A stretch of DNA of 64,000 nt from Atractiella rhizophila (Eukaryota): positions 1 to 64,000 of the forward strand of contig MU271270.1 in NCBI GenBank assembly GCA_021432655.1. The letters run 5' to 3'. Made by a program: the position numbers and the translations under genes. The notes beneath the pieces were generated by a model that was not told the origin of the DNA, did no database searches, and was given only the letters and a program-made list of their open reading frames with translations. Positions 38,700-49,739 of the stretch are shown piece by piece; positions within the stretch are counted from its first letter, which is position 1; each line of letters opens with the position of its first letter.

Positions 38700-41600
38700 T
38701 CAAAATGTCAGTTCCGTCTTCTGGAGATGCTTGGTCACCTCGTCCACCTTCCATCCCGCTCTCTTCCTCGAATAGAAGACGGGACAGTCGTAGTTGACAC
38801 ACGCGACTTCTGCTTGAGCAGGAAGACGAGAGCAAGAGCGACAGATAGATTTAATGTCCTCAAAACGTTTGGTTGACCTTTGCAGGCGGTTGAGGAGGGT
38901 GAAGGAGGCAGCGGATGGGTCAGATGCGCACTCCTGACAGAGACCTGCGTTTGGGACAGTCGGTTTGTATGAACGAAGAAAGGGAGAAGATAAGGGATGC
39001 ACACCGTTTGTGATTGTTTGCGCGTCCGCCTCGCAAACAACGCAACGAGAAGAAACAAAGTGTTCATCGATCTTGATCCGTCCACTATTATCTCCTTCGC
39101 TTCCAGCGATTGCGCGCTTCTGTTTCGGCATATCTTTCCACCAACTCTCTACATCTGCGCCGACAAGATTGAATAGGCGTGCGAGTGGTTTGATGAAATG
39201 GTTATTGATGTAGTAGTTAATGTCCACCATGTTCCTCCTGTAGCCCTCAGGTTGATCGAGGGATGTATCGGATGAGAAACAGAGTAATGGACGAACCGGT
39301 CAGCCATGAATTCGTCTGGGGCCAAAGCCCTATCTACCTGCCTGTTTCCAACGTCTGATTGTGCAATGATGTATGGTACTCGTTCATAGAATAGAGGTTC
39401 GGCACGAGGATCAGCTTGCATCTTCCGGCTCGCCACTACAGCGCCAGGAGGTGGTACTCCATTCTCACTATAAACCTGTCAGAGCACTGTTGGAGATACA
39501 CTCGAAGGCAGAAGGATGCACCTGTATGTCCCTAGCCGTACTTCTTTCGCAAAGAAGAAGTCTAGAGGGGATAACTCGCCGGCCATGAATCGCGCCCATT
39601 GGGACTGCACATACGCCTTCACTTGGGAGAGGTCTGAGGTGCGAAACAGGATCCTGTGGCACTGATTTGTAAGCTGTTGATAAAGGGAAACGGGGACGGA
39701 TCACTTTATTGCAGCTTCCTCCATCTTTTGAAGCGCAGGCGTTCCGTCTCTTCGAATTACTTCCAAGCCTTTGGCATCGAATCCCGGTTCCGTATCCTGC
39801 AAGCTTTCATATTTGAAACCAACATAACGCTTCTTAGCGAGAAGAATGCTGGGCAAATAGACCTGTTCCAATATCAATCTCAAGTGCCGACTTCAGGGGA
39901 TCGTAGAAAATCGAGCACACTTTTTCAAATTTGAGTTTGACAGGGTAAGGATTGAGCGAAGTGATATGATCAGCAATCTCGTTGCCTATCCTCAAAGCAT
40001 CCTCTTTCGTCTTCCCCGGTAGATACACAAAAAGAGAATCCGTGTCTCCATAGACGACCTGAGCTCCCCATTCAGGGGTGCCTTCTATAACGGACAAGGA
40101 GCGTTCGAGTGTATCACGACCGGTTTGGACAATGGCGTCAGCGATTTCAACGCAAGGCATACGCCCGGAGAAGGTCGCGGACGTGTAACCATACTACGAA
40201 TAGTCCATCAGAAGACCAGAAACCGGTGAAAAGAGCTCACCGAATGCACCTGTAGGTCCCTAGCCGTACTTCTTTCGCAAAGAAGAAGTCTAGAGGGGAT
40301 AACTCGCCTGCCATGAATCGCGCCCATTGGGACTGCACGTAGGCCTTGACTTGGGAGAGGTCTGAGGTGCGAAACAGGATCCTGTGTCAGTGATTTGTAA
40401 GCCGAGGATTGATAAAGGGAAAAGAGGACGGGACCACTTTATTGCAGCTTCCTCCATCTTCTGAAGCGCAGGCGTTCCGTCTCTTCGAATTACTTCCAAG
40501 CCTTTGGCGTCGAATCCCGGTTCTGTATCCTGCAGACTTTCATATTTGAAACCGACATATCGCTTTTTAGCGAGAAGAATGCTAGGCAAATAGACCTGTT
40601 CAAACATCAATCTCAAGTGCCGACTTCAGGGAATAGTGGAAAATCGAGCACACTTTTTCAAATTTGAGTTTGACAGGGTAAGGATTGAGCGAAGTGATAT
40701 GATCCGCAATCTCGTTGCCTATCCTCAAAGCATCCTCTTTCGTCTTCCCCGGCAGGTACACAAAAAGAGAATCCGTGTCTCCATAGACGACTTGAGCTCC
40801 CCATTCAGGGGTGCCTTCTATAACGGACAAGGAGCGCTCGAGTGTATCACGACCGGTTTGAACAATGGCGTCAGCGATTTCAACGCAAGGCATTCGCCCC
40901 GAGAAGGTCGCGGACGTGTAACCATACTACGAATAGTCCATCAGAAGACCAGAAACCGGTGAAAAGAGCTCACCGTGACATTGGCGATGTATTTCAAACC
41001 AAGCTGTCGTGCATTCATCATTTTCAAGAACGCCTATTCTATCGTTACCCGGCGAGGTCCGGAAGGAGGAAAGCATACCCTGTCGTCTTTGATAGCTTTC
41101 ATAGCCCCCTTTACCATCACCCTCGTGTCCAAAATCTCGCTCAGCATCTTGCTCAGAAGGCTCTTCCGCACATGGGACTTGACAAAAATCATGCCATTTG
41201 GAGAAATGTTGACATCATCCCTAAGAAGGCTAAGTAGCCCGGGTGGAGGATTAATCTCTGTCGAACCCAACTTGCTCTTCCCTTTGAAAACGGCGGTGCG
41301 TCCCAAACAGGTCGAATAGCAGTAATTGTAGGCTAGACAAAATTGTGAGTATGAACAAGCACCAGTAGGCGGGACCGACCGATCATCACGGATGGATAAA
41401 GGCTTTGAAAGTCCAGCACAACTAACGGCCCTTTGTAGAAAGCGGACTGAGGTTCCATGATCAAGGGGATGCATTCGGCAGCATTTTGCTTTCCAACATC
41501 CTCTCTGCTGGGAGAGATCATTATGAAACTTTCTGGCTTCACGATTCGAGACATGACGGATTCGACCTTGAACTGCGAACCGCGATTGAGCACGGAGAGA

Positions 41601-44600
41601 AAATCGACTCCAAAGATGCGAGCAAATTCCCTACACACAAATCAGGCTAGATGACTACCGCACGAAGGAAAGCACTAACGCGTTTCTAGTCACGATTTCA
41701 GCTTCATCCAACATCTCTATGACCATGTTCACCTTTTGCAAGTAATAGTCGAACACTCTCATGACCTTCTCCATTTCTTCGCTGTGATACCATTGCGTCA
41801 AATGCGCATATGAGTATTTTGGAACACGTTTATGAAGGACGTGGTAAGCGGTGTTTTCAAACGTGTAGCGAGTGAGAGCGACATCAGAACGAAGAATCCG
41901 CCATAGTGGCAAGCAATGTCTCCCGTCAATCTTCAACGTCGAACCGTGAGTGTAACCTGTGATCACCTTAACGTTCAATCCCAAAAAGGAGCGATGACGC
42001 ACCCCACCGATCTTCAGTGACACTCGCATGTCTCCCAACAGCGTTGGTTTGAGCTCTTCCAAGTTCCCAAACCAAATTGAAGCCTATGTATAAATCTCAA
42101 TACTGCCATGGTGAATGCACAAAAGGCTCACCTAGCTCTTTTCCACGCAGCATGAGGTAACCCCAGGACATTGTTTGAATCTCATAGCCTGTAACGACTT
42201 CGGGATCAAATTCCTTCATCTTATCGATGAATTCGTTGACCAATTCCGTCTCATTATCCACCACAATGAGGTTCTTGAGCGCAATGTTTGTGAGGTCTAG
42301 ATTTGGGGAAGAAACAGCAATGCATCCAGTGGTGAGACCATTGGCTTCTTCGCCGAATCCAGCTTCTGTTTGATAGCAGTAAAAAATTGCTCGCATTTCG
42401 TCCTCACTAGGATCAGGGAGGAGGGTACCGCGGGTCTCCACTACATCGAGGCTCAGCATCCGACGTTGGAAAGAAGTTGGTGCGTACCGTGCAGCTCGAC
42501 GACCAGAACACCCATATGTTGCTGAAGACGATTGTTTTCATCTCCTTTGAGGGGACTGAATTTCGGAGCATTTGCTTGGGTGGGACCAACGACCTTTTGA
42601 CAAGGTCTATGCGTCGGAAAGGATGTTGAAAAGGAGGTAAGATACGTACTTGAGATGCCAGGAGCCATTCAGTCTCCATCGCCAATTCCTTTCCGGGGAT
42701 AAAGTCTATGATGTTAGTCGGTTCAAGTTAGAGAGCAGAGGAAGCAGGATACGCATATGGCTTACATGGGCCAAGGGATTTCTGTCTAGTTGCTGCTCTT
42801 AACGAGGTCAGCGTAGGCGGGGATTTTGCAAACTCCCATCTCTTGATACCTATGGGCTTCTTCTTCTTTTTGGGGGAACATTTGGGCTCATTCATCCCAC
42901 CGGCGTGTTCGAACTCCTTCAACCACTTGAGTCCATCACCAGGAATCTTGAACCTATGGCCGCCAAATTCGATCTCTCGAGAAGGCACATCCTTTTCATC
43001 ACCATAGAATGCATTTCTGTACTCCTTTCTTCGAATCTTATGACTTTCGAGTGTTGTGAGGAGGTGTGAGGCGGGAGGGGGGAGGGCAGAGTATTGAAAT
43101 GATTTCTTTCCTAGTCTTCCAAATGTGCGCACCTGCTTGATTGCGCCTGCGCTGAAGGATGAGAATACTGAAGGTCACAAGGTCACAGGACTCGCCTTGC
43201 GAACTCCACTCACTGCTCAGCGTCGAGCTTGGAGGCTCCATGATCCTGACGACCTTCCTTGGTCGTCCACTCTCGGGAGCAAGGCTCATAGGGATAACTA
43301 CACCAGATGCATCCTCCTGTTGCTCTGGAATAACAAGTGTGGGTTCCAACGTAGGCTCCAATGGGGCGAGTTCCTGTAAATCGTCTCTTGCAAGAGCAAG
43401 AAGTCTGTCTAATCTCCCTTCTTTCTTCCTCCCAAACCCATCCAGCTGCTCCTGCGTTCCGAACCTCTTGTTCCCATCTTTAACTGCCACACGATCGCTT
43501 TGGAATCCCAATGCCATCGGGGAGGAGGAAGTCATATTTGACATGGACTTGAGGGGAGAACTCCGTTTGCGGGTAGGTTGGAAGTAATTTTGATGCGGAG
43601 CTTTGAAAGGAGATGTCACCGTCGGACTAGATTGCTCTCTGATTAAGTCAGTCCAGTTCGCCAGAGAGAGGGTAGGACCCACTCATCATTCTTCTCTTTC
43701 ACAGGAGTGACAGGCGGAGCTTCAGGGGACGGGGGAGTTTGCTGCTTCAGTTGTTCCTTTGGTTCTGGTCGAATATCCTCCAAAGGAGTGTCTTGTTTTA
43801 TCTTCCTTTCGTAACGCTTGGGATAGCCCTCATCTCCACCTACCACCTCTGCCTGTTTGTCCTCTTCCACCTGCTCCTCTTCCACATCACCCTGCAACCT
43901 CCTCCACTCCTTCTCCGCCGCCGCCGTCCCTTCCCTGTCTTCCCTCTCCACATCTTCACCCTCCTTCATCCACAAACCCGCAGCCTGAGTACCAAACCAC
44001 TCGAGTTGCCTCATCTCCTCTTCGTCCTCTTCATCCGCCTCCACTCTAGCCACATCTATCCGCCTTTTTGCAGCTTCTAGTTCAACACCATCGCCCATCC
44101 ACCCTCCTTCCCCCCAGATACCCCAGATACAGCCTTCCTTTCTATCTTTCTCCCATTGCTCTGGCCATGTAGAAGACACGCTCTGGAAGGCAGTTGGGAT
44201 GCTCTTCTCGAAAACGAGTGGTTTCAGAAAGTCATGGAAGGCTGGGCTGGTAGTCATCCCATTCACTTGTTTGTAGGCGGCAAGGGATTGTTGGGCGAGA
44301 CTATGGAAGGCATTTACAAAGTGAGGAGAGGGGGAGATGAAAGGTTTGGTTGCGTTAGGACGCTAATCGCATTGATGAAAGACAATTAGTAAAAGAAGAT
44401 TCAGGCGGACGAACCTCTTCTTCAGCGACGCGCTTTCCCCAGCTCCCGCTCCCGTCCTCCCCACGTACCTTCCGTCGCTCCCCCTCTTCGATCCACAACT
44501 CTCGAACGGAAGTCACGAGCTTCTCTTCTCTCCACTTCGCTGCCCAACCATCGTCGTCGTTTCGAGTCAAGTATTCACCAAAATCATGATGCACCTCCCT

Positions 44601-46214
44601 TTCTGCAAGAAGGCCACGATTGAGGATATGAGAGACATGAATATCGATCTCTAGGGTGGAAGAAGTAGAAGGTGACAAAGGATTTCGACTTCGAAGTGGC
44701 GTAGGAGTGGTGGCGTCTGTGTAGAGTGGAAAGCTGGAAGGAGGGCAGCCTTCGTATACTTCGTCCGCTTCTCACCTCTATGAATAGTGCCTCGAATGGT
44801 TGGACAGGTCATGAGAGAAAGCCTACCAGGTAACGGTTCTCGCAACTTCGCGCCGTCGCCAACATCCATCCATCCGCACCCATACAAGTTGAAATCGACC
44901 ATCCACTGTAATTCAAAAGGAAGATGAGCCTCGCACACCTCCTGCTCATGCCTCTTGCTTGTCCCACCACCCCCTTCGCTCGCTGAGTGGAGCAGTGATA
45001 TTCTTCCACTCTTGAGGATGCTCATCAGACGCATCCGAAATTTGGGATTAAGGTAGTATATCTTGAGATAATACTTGTATCCGACATGGTAGCCGTAGAA
45101 GGGGATGGCTTTGATAAGTGCTATGTACGCAATGTACTGGTTTTGGTTCGGCTTTGGTTTCCCTTTCCCTTTCTTCCCATTCGTAGACTCGGCTCGTTGG
45201 AATGAGACGGACATGGCCGTGTTAAGCGATTTTCCTAACTTTTTGATGTATCGTTGCACTGTATGACGTAGATCAGAGATCCCTGATATGGTATGTCGAC
45301 AAATGTGGGAAATGGCACAGCATAAGGAACAGAGGCTGACAACATAGAGACAAAGTAGCAGTCCAATAAACAACCGGCTCTCGTTATGGTGTAATAATGG
45401 AGTTAAGACAGGACATCACAATTTCGGAGCGTTCACACCCTCCGTTCTGGTAGAAGACAAGAGATGTCGTATCAATGCCCAGCATCCTCTCATGAATCAC
45501 GTCAAAATCACAGGCTTTCTCCAAGCCAAAGCTAAATTGCATGCTCACTCTTCTCTTTGTTTATTCTACCTTATACACCCAAGGCAAAAGACTCATCATT
45601 TTGAAATTGAAACAAGGGTTCTAAATCGTATTTCTGGCAACCAGAATTTCGAGATGCAAACGAGGGTTACGATATCAGTCTTTTTTCAATAAATGTCTGG
45701 AGTCTGCTTACTGAAAGGCGTAATTCCTCATTGTTGAATGCAAAACCATGCATGCAAGGCAGCTGCGAACTTTGGCTTTGATAATTGTTCCTGTCTGAAT
45801 TCTATGCTAAAACATCCTTATGCAGCTATACCTCATGAAATTACATACGAAAGGGCTAGTTACGAAACTCTCATCAACTTTCAAGAGGGAGGTTGAAAGC
45901 ATGAAACAAGCTTGCAGTGAGGAAGAAGACCCACCGTTCTCTACTTCAATCCTCTCTCCCTCCGGCCAAGGCACATACACATATGGGAACGCGCCCCACA
46001 CATTAGCAGCGACTCTCTGTCCCCTCTCCGTCGCTCCATAGATCCTGATCACTGGCAACTTGTCGAAGGTTTCGCCTGTGGGGAGCAGCGGTGAGATGAC
46101 TTGTTGGCGGAGGAAGGCGAGTTGAGAGGGAGGCTCGTCCATGTGGACGGAGATATGGGTCAGTCGAAGGCGGAAAAGGGAGGAGCTGGGAGAGGACATG
46201 GTTGTTGGTGGCAT
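38700..46214 (-). CDS. REV3: DNA polymerase zeta catalytic subunit, carrying an internal ~733 bp duplication
   Basis: LPVIRIYGATERGQ, EAHLPFELQWMVDFNLYG, VLDFQSLYPSVMI, YIANVT/YGYTSATFSGRMPC, VVYGDTDSLF, AKKRYVG, C-terminal CysA/CysB (CVVC..CQEC; CRSC..CVNYDC). Confidence 0.95.
39516..40975. repeat. Tandem duplication inside REV3 (about 39516-40242 and 40244-40975)
   Basis: Two near-identical copies of the same exons and introns; ORFs MPCVEIADAIVQTGR... and ...QVYLPSILLAKKRYVGF each occur twice. Confidence 0.97.
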
Positions 46215-46288
46215 TGGTTTGGTTTCGCGTTTGATTCACACATATCATAAGTCACGTGTTGCCACTGGGGGGCCAGAAGAGGGAAATG

Positions 46289-47100
46289 CTATTGTTCTAA
46301 GGCGATCAAACCATCAAAGCTACCCACCACTTCCTCCTTCCTCTTCTTCCTGTTGCTCTCTTCTTCACTCTCACTGACGTCATTATCTTCCTCTTCCTCT
46401 TCTCTCTTCACCCGCTCTTCCTTCTCCTCTTTCCGCTTCTCCTTCTTCTCCTTCCTTTCCTTCTTAACCTCCTTCTTATCCTTCTTCTTGCTCCAGCTCT
46501 CGCTCTTCTCTCGCTTCCGCTTCCCTTTCCGAGTTGAGAAAGGACGGTATGGATTTGAGCGGCGAGTTCCCTCGTTGGAGAGAGCACGATCACTCTCACC
46601 TTCATCCTCTCTCCTATCCCCATGCCTCCCGCCCGAACAGCACCAGCACTATCTCCTGATTCGCCAGTTTTAGAATTTGAGGATTGGGAGAGCGAGAGAG
46701 AGAGCGAGTGCAGCTTGGTGAGAATGGGAAGGAGGTAAGCTAATGTCTTGCCTGACCCTGTTATGGCCTATGTACATTTAGTTGTTATTGAGGTGGACCA
46801 GTGAAGGACGCACTTGGACAACTACATCCTTAGATTGACTGAAGAGGGGGATGACAGATGCTTGAACTGGTGTCGTGCGTGAGTATTGGAGGTCTGAGAG
46901 TGCTTGTAGGCTGTTGGGAAGTCATCAATATTTGCATTCTGGACAACACTAGCCACAACATTAATGCGACTGATGATGATAATAACGACAATAATGCAAC
47001 ATGGACAATGATAATGAAAAGATAAGGAAGCAAACACATACATCCACTGAGGCAACGGCGGAGTGAGCGCAGAGAAGTAAGGTCCAGTAGCGAGGGACAT
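46289..47100 (-). pseudogene. SPB4: SPB4/DDX55-like DEAD-box helicase fragment: N-terminus fused out of frame to the Lys/Glu-rich C-terminal tail
   Basis: Q motif TPVQASVIP, TGSGKTLAY and SPTRELAAQI, then an abrupt junction at about 46531 to KREKSESWSKKKDKKEVKKERKEKK...SFDGLIALEQ* in another frame. Confidence 0.75.
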
Positions 47101-47606
47101 TCTTACTGTGAGGCAGAAACCTCTGACTGTGTCGTGGTCTGGATACAGAATCAGGGAGAGAATGAGAAGAAAAATAATAAACTTCGGGCGGAAAAGAGGT
47201 CGGGGTTGAAAACTCTGATCGATTGAGATCACTTCGGAGCGGGACCAAACCTTTTGCTCCGCACAGTTGTACAACGACCATCGCCTCCAACCTCACTCAA
47301 CTTGTACCACCACCATCAACCTCTCAGTCACCGTCAGCTGGACCAGGACAGCAGAATCACTGGGGAATCAGTAGATTCAGCGGGAGAATAGCAGGATTTG
47401 GGAGTTTTATATCTTAGAGCATCTCAACTTCAACGCAGGAGGCGACCCCACACTTCTCTTTTTCAGCATCCAGAGCCGTTTCATCTTTGAAATATCCATC
47501 TTTCTCCTCTTTTCCCTCTTATTCTCGAGCATTCTCCACCCTCGTCTTTTCCCTTCACCTCAACTCGAATATTCACATATTCACTCTCAAAACACGAAAA
47601 GTGAAC

Positions 47607-48305
47607 ATGGGCAATCGATACACATATCTCAGTCAGTCCATTTCTCTGCCCCAACAGCTCATGATAATTGACAAGAGGGCACAGTTTGCTCATTCGTAGC
47701 ATTCGGTACGCCTCCCAGTCCCTCCTCCTACGCCACTGACATTCATCAAAAACTTGCTCTTCCGTGGCGTCACAGGTGGCTTCCTGTTCGGTCCGTCTTG
47801 TCTCCTCCTCCTCCTCCTCCTCCCGATCCATTCAACTGACTGAATTTCGACCATTCATTTTGTGTTCTTTGTTCGATACGTACAGGTTACGACTCGTGCG
47901 TTCCCCTCTCTTATTCTCTAACAGGAGCTAATGAATGAATGTCCCCGTGTTCCTTGGCCCTTCTTCGACTGTTCGACGCTACTCCACTCCAACTCCAACC
48001 CCAACTCCACAATATCGAAATTCGATCAATCTAACCAACGTATCCATGGATTCGATTCGGTTTGGTACACATGATGATGCGTGATGGTACCGTGCTGCAG
48101 AGGGAACATAGCTGGCGTCATGCAGATGTCCGCCTTCATCAAGGCATTCGGGAACCATGTGGAACCTGGAACTGTGGGAGGGGCGATTGCAATCATCGAT
48201 GGAGAGACCTATCAAAGTGCGCATCTTTCCTCCTGTTCTTTCAATATGCTCATCGATTCTGCCTATTGGAACAGTCTCGAGTACCGACAAAAGCTTGATC
48301 ACCAG
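47607..48305 (+). pseudogene. 5'-only duplicate of the MFS sugar transporter
   Basis: Same first exons as the gene at 49740; identity stops after AAGCTTGATCACCAG at 48305. Confidence 0.85.
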
Positions 48306-49233
48306 AAAAAACTCGAGCTCCTTCAAGTTCGCCCCTCCGCCTACCCTCACACTGGTCGAAACATGGCCGCGCTTCCTCTTCCCCTTCTTCCCACCCCCGC
48401 CTCCTCCTCCGATGAAATCGAGCACCCTCCCAGGTGTGCCGACGAGTATCCAGCCGCCGTCTCGATCATACCTCTCTTGATCCTCCTTTAGTTCGTTCCC
48501 GCCAACGAGGAGAAGGGTGGGGATGGGGGATGATGTGGTTGGAGGTACGGATGTGGATGTGGATGTGGATGGATCTGTAGATGCGAACAATGTAGATGCA
48601 GATGTGGACGGCGATGCAGAAGAAGATGAGATTGAGGATGTGGATGTGGATGGGAGGGAAGAGAGAAGTTGAGAAAGGACGGTATGGATTTGAGCGGCGA
48701 GTTCCCTCGTTGGAGAGAGCACGATCGCTCTCACCTTCTTCCTCTCTCCCATCCCTATGCCTCCGGCCCGAACAACACTAGCACTATCTCCTGATTCGCC
48801 AGTTTTAGAATTTGAGGATTGGGAGAGCGAGAGAGAGAGCGAGTGCAGCTTGGTGAGAATGGGGAGGAGGTAAGCTAATGTCTTTCCTGACCCTGTTATG
48901 GCCTATGTACATTTTATTAGTTGTTATTGAGGTGGAGTAGTGAAGGACGGACTTGAACAACGACATCTTTAGATTGACTGAAGAGGGGGATGACGGATGC
49001 TTGAACTGGTGTTGTGCGTGAGTATTGGAGGTCTGAAAGTACTTGTAGGCTGTCGGGAAGTCATCAATATCTGAATACTGGACAACACTCGCCATGTCAT
49101 AATGCAACTGATAATTACTACAATAATGCAACATGGACAATGATAATGAAAAGATGAGGAAGCAAAACACATACATCCACTGAGGCAACGGCGGAGTGAG
49201 CGCCGAGAAGTAAGGTCCAGTAGCGAGGGACAT
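48300..49233 (-). pseudogene. SPB4: SPB4/DDX55-like DEAD-box helicase N-terminal part, truncated just before the DEAD motif
   Basis: MSLATGPYFSALTPPLPQW/ILQVL...TPVQASVIPLF, TGSGKT, SPTRELAAQI, ILVGTPGRVLD, LKELEFFLV, then the junction into antisense transporter sequence. Confidence 0.8.
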
Positions 49234-49739
49234 TCCTACTGTGAGGCAGAAACCTCTGACTGTGTCGTGGTCTGGATACAGAATCAGGCAGAGAATGAGA
49301 AGAAAAATAATAAACTTCGGGCGGAAAAGAGGTCGGGGTTGAAAACTCTGATCGATTGAGATCACTTCGGAGCGGGACCAAACCTTTTGCTCCGCACAGT
49401 TGTACAACGACCATCGCCTCCAACCTCACTCAACTTGTACCACCACCATCAACCTCTCAGTCACCGTCAGCTGGACCAGGACAGCAGAATCACTGGGGAA
49501 TCAGTAGATTCAGCGGGAGAATAGCAGGATTTGGGAGTTTTATATCTTAGAGCATCTCAACTTCAACGCAGGAGGCGACCCCACACTTCTCTTTTTCAGC
49601 ATCCAGAGCCGTTTCATCTTTGAAATATCCATCTTTCTCCTCTTTTCCCTCTTATTCTCGAGCATTCTCCACCCTCGTCTTTTCCCTTCACCTCAACTCG
49701 AATATTCACATATTCACTCTCAAAACACGAAAAGTGAAC

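Noticed and set aside
48545..48650. (GATGTG)n and other short repeats, such as (GAC)n at ~55472 and the 27-bp TENLRSSTG duplication at ~17352
   Set aside because: Ordinary low-complexity coding repeats, with no spacer structure and not CRISPR-like
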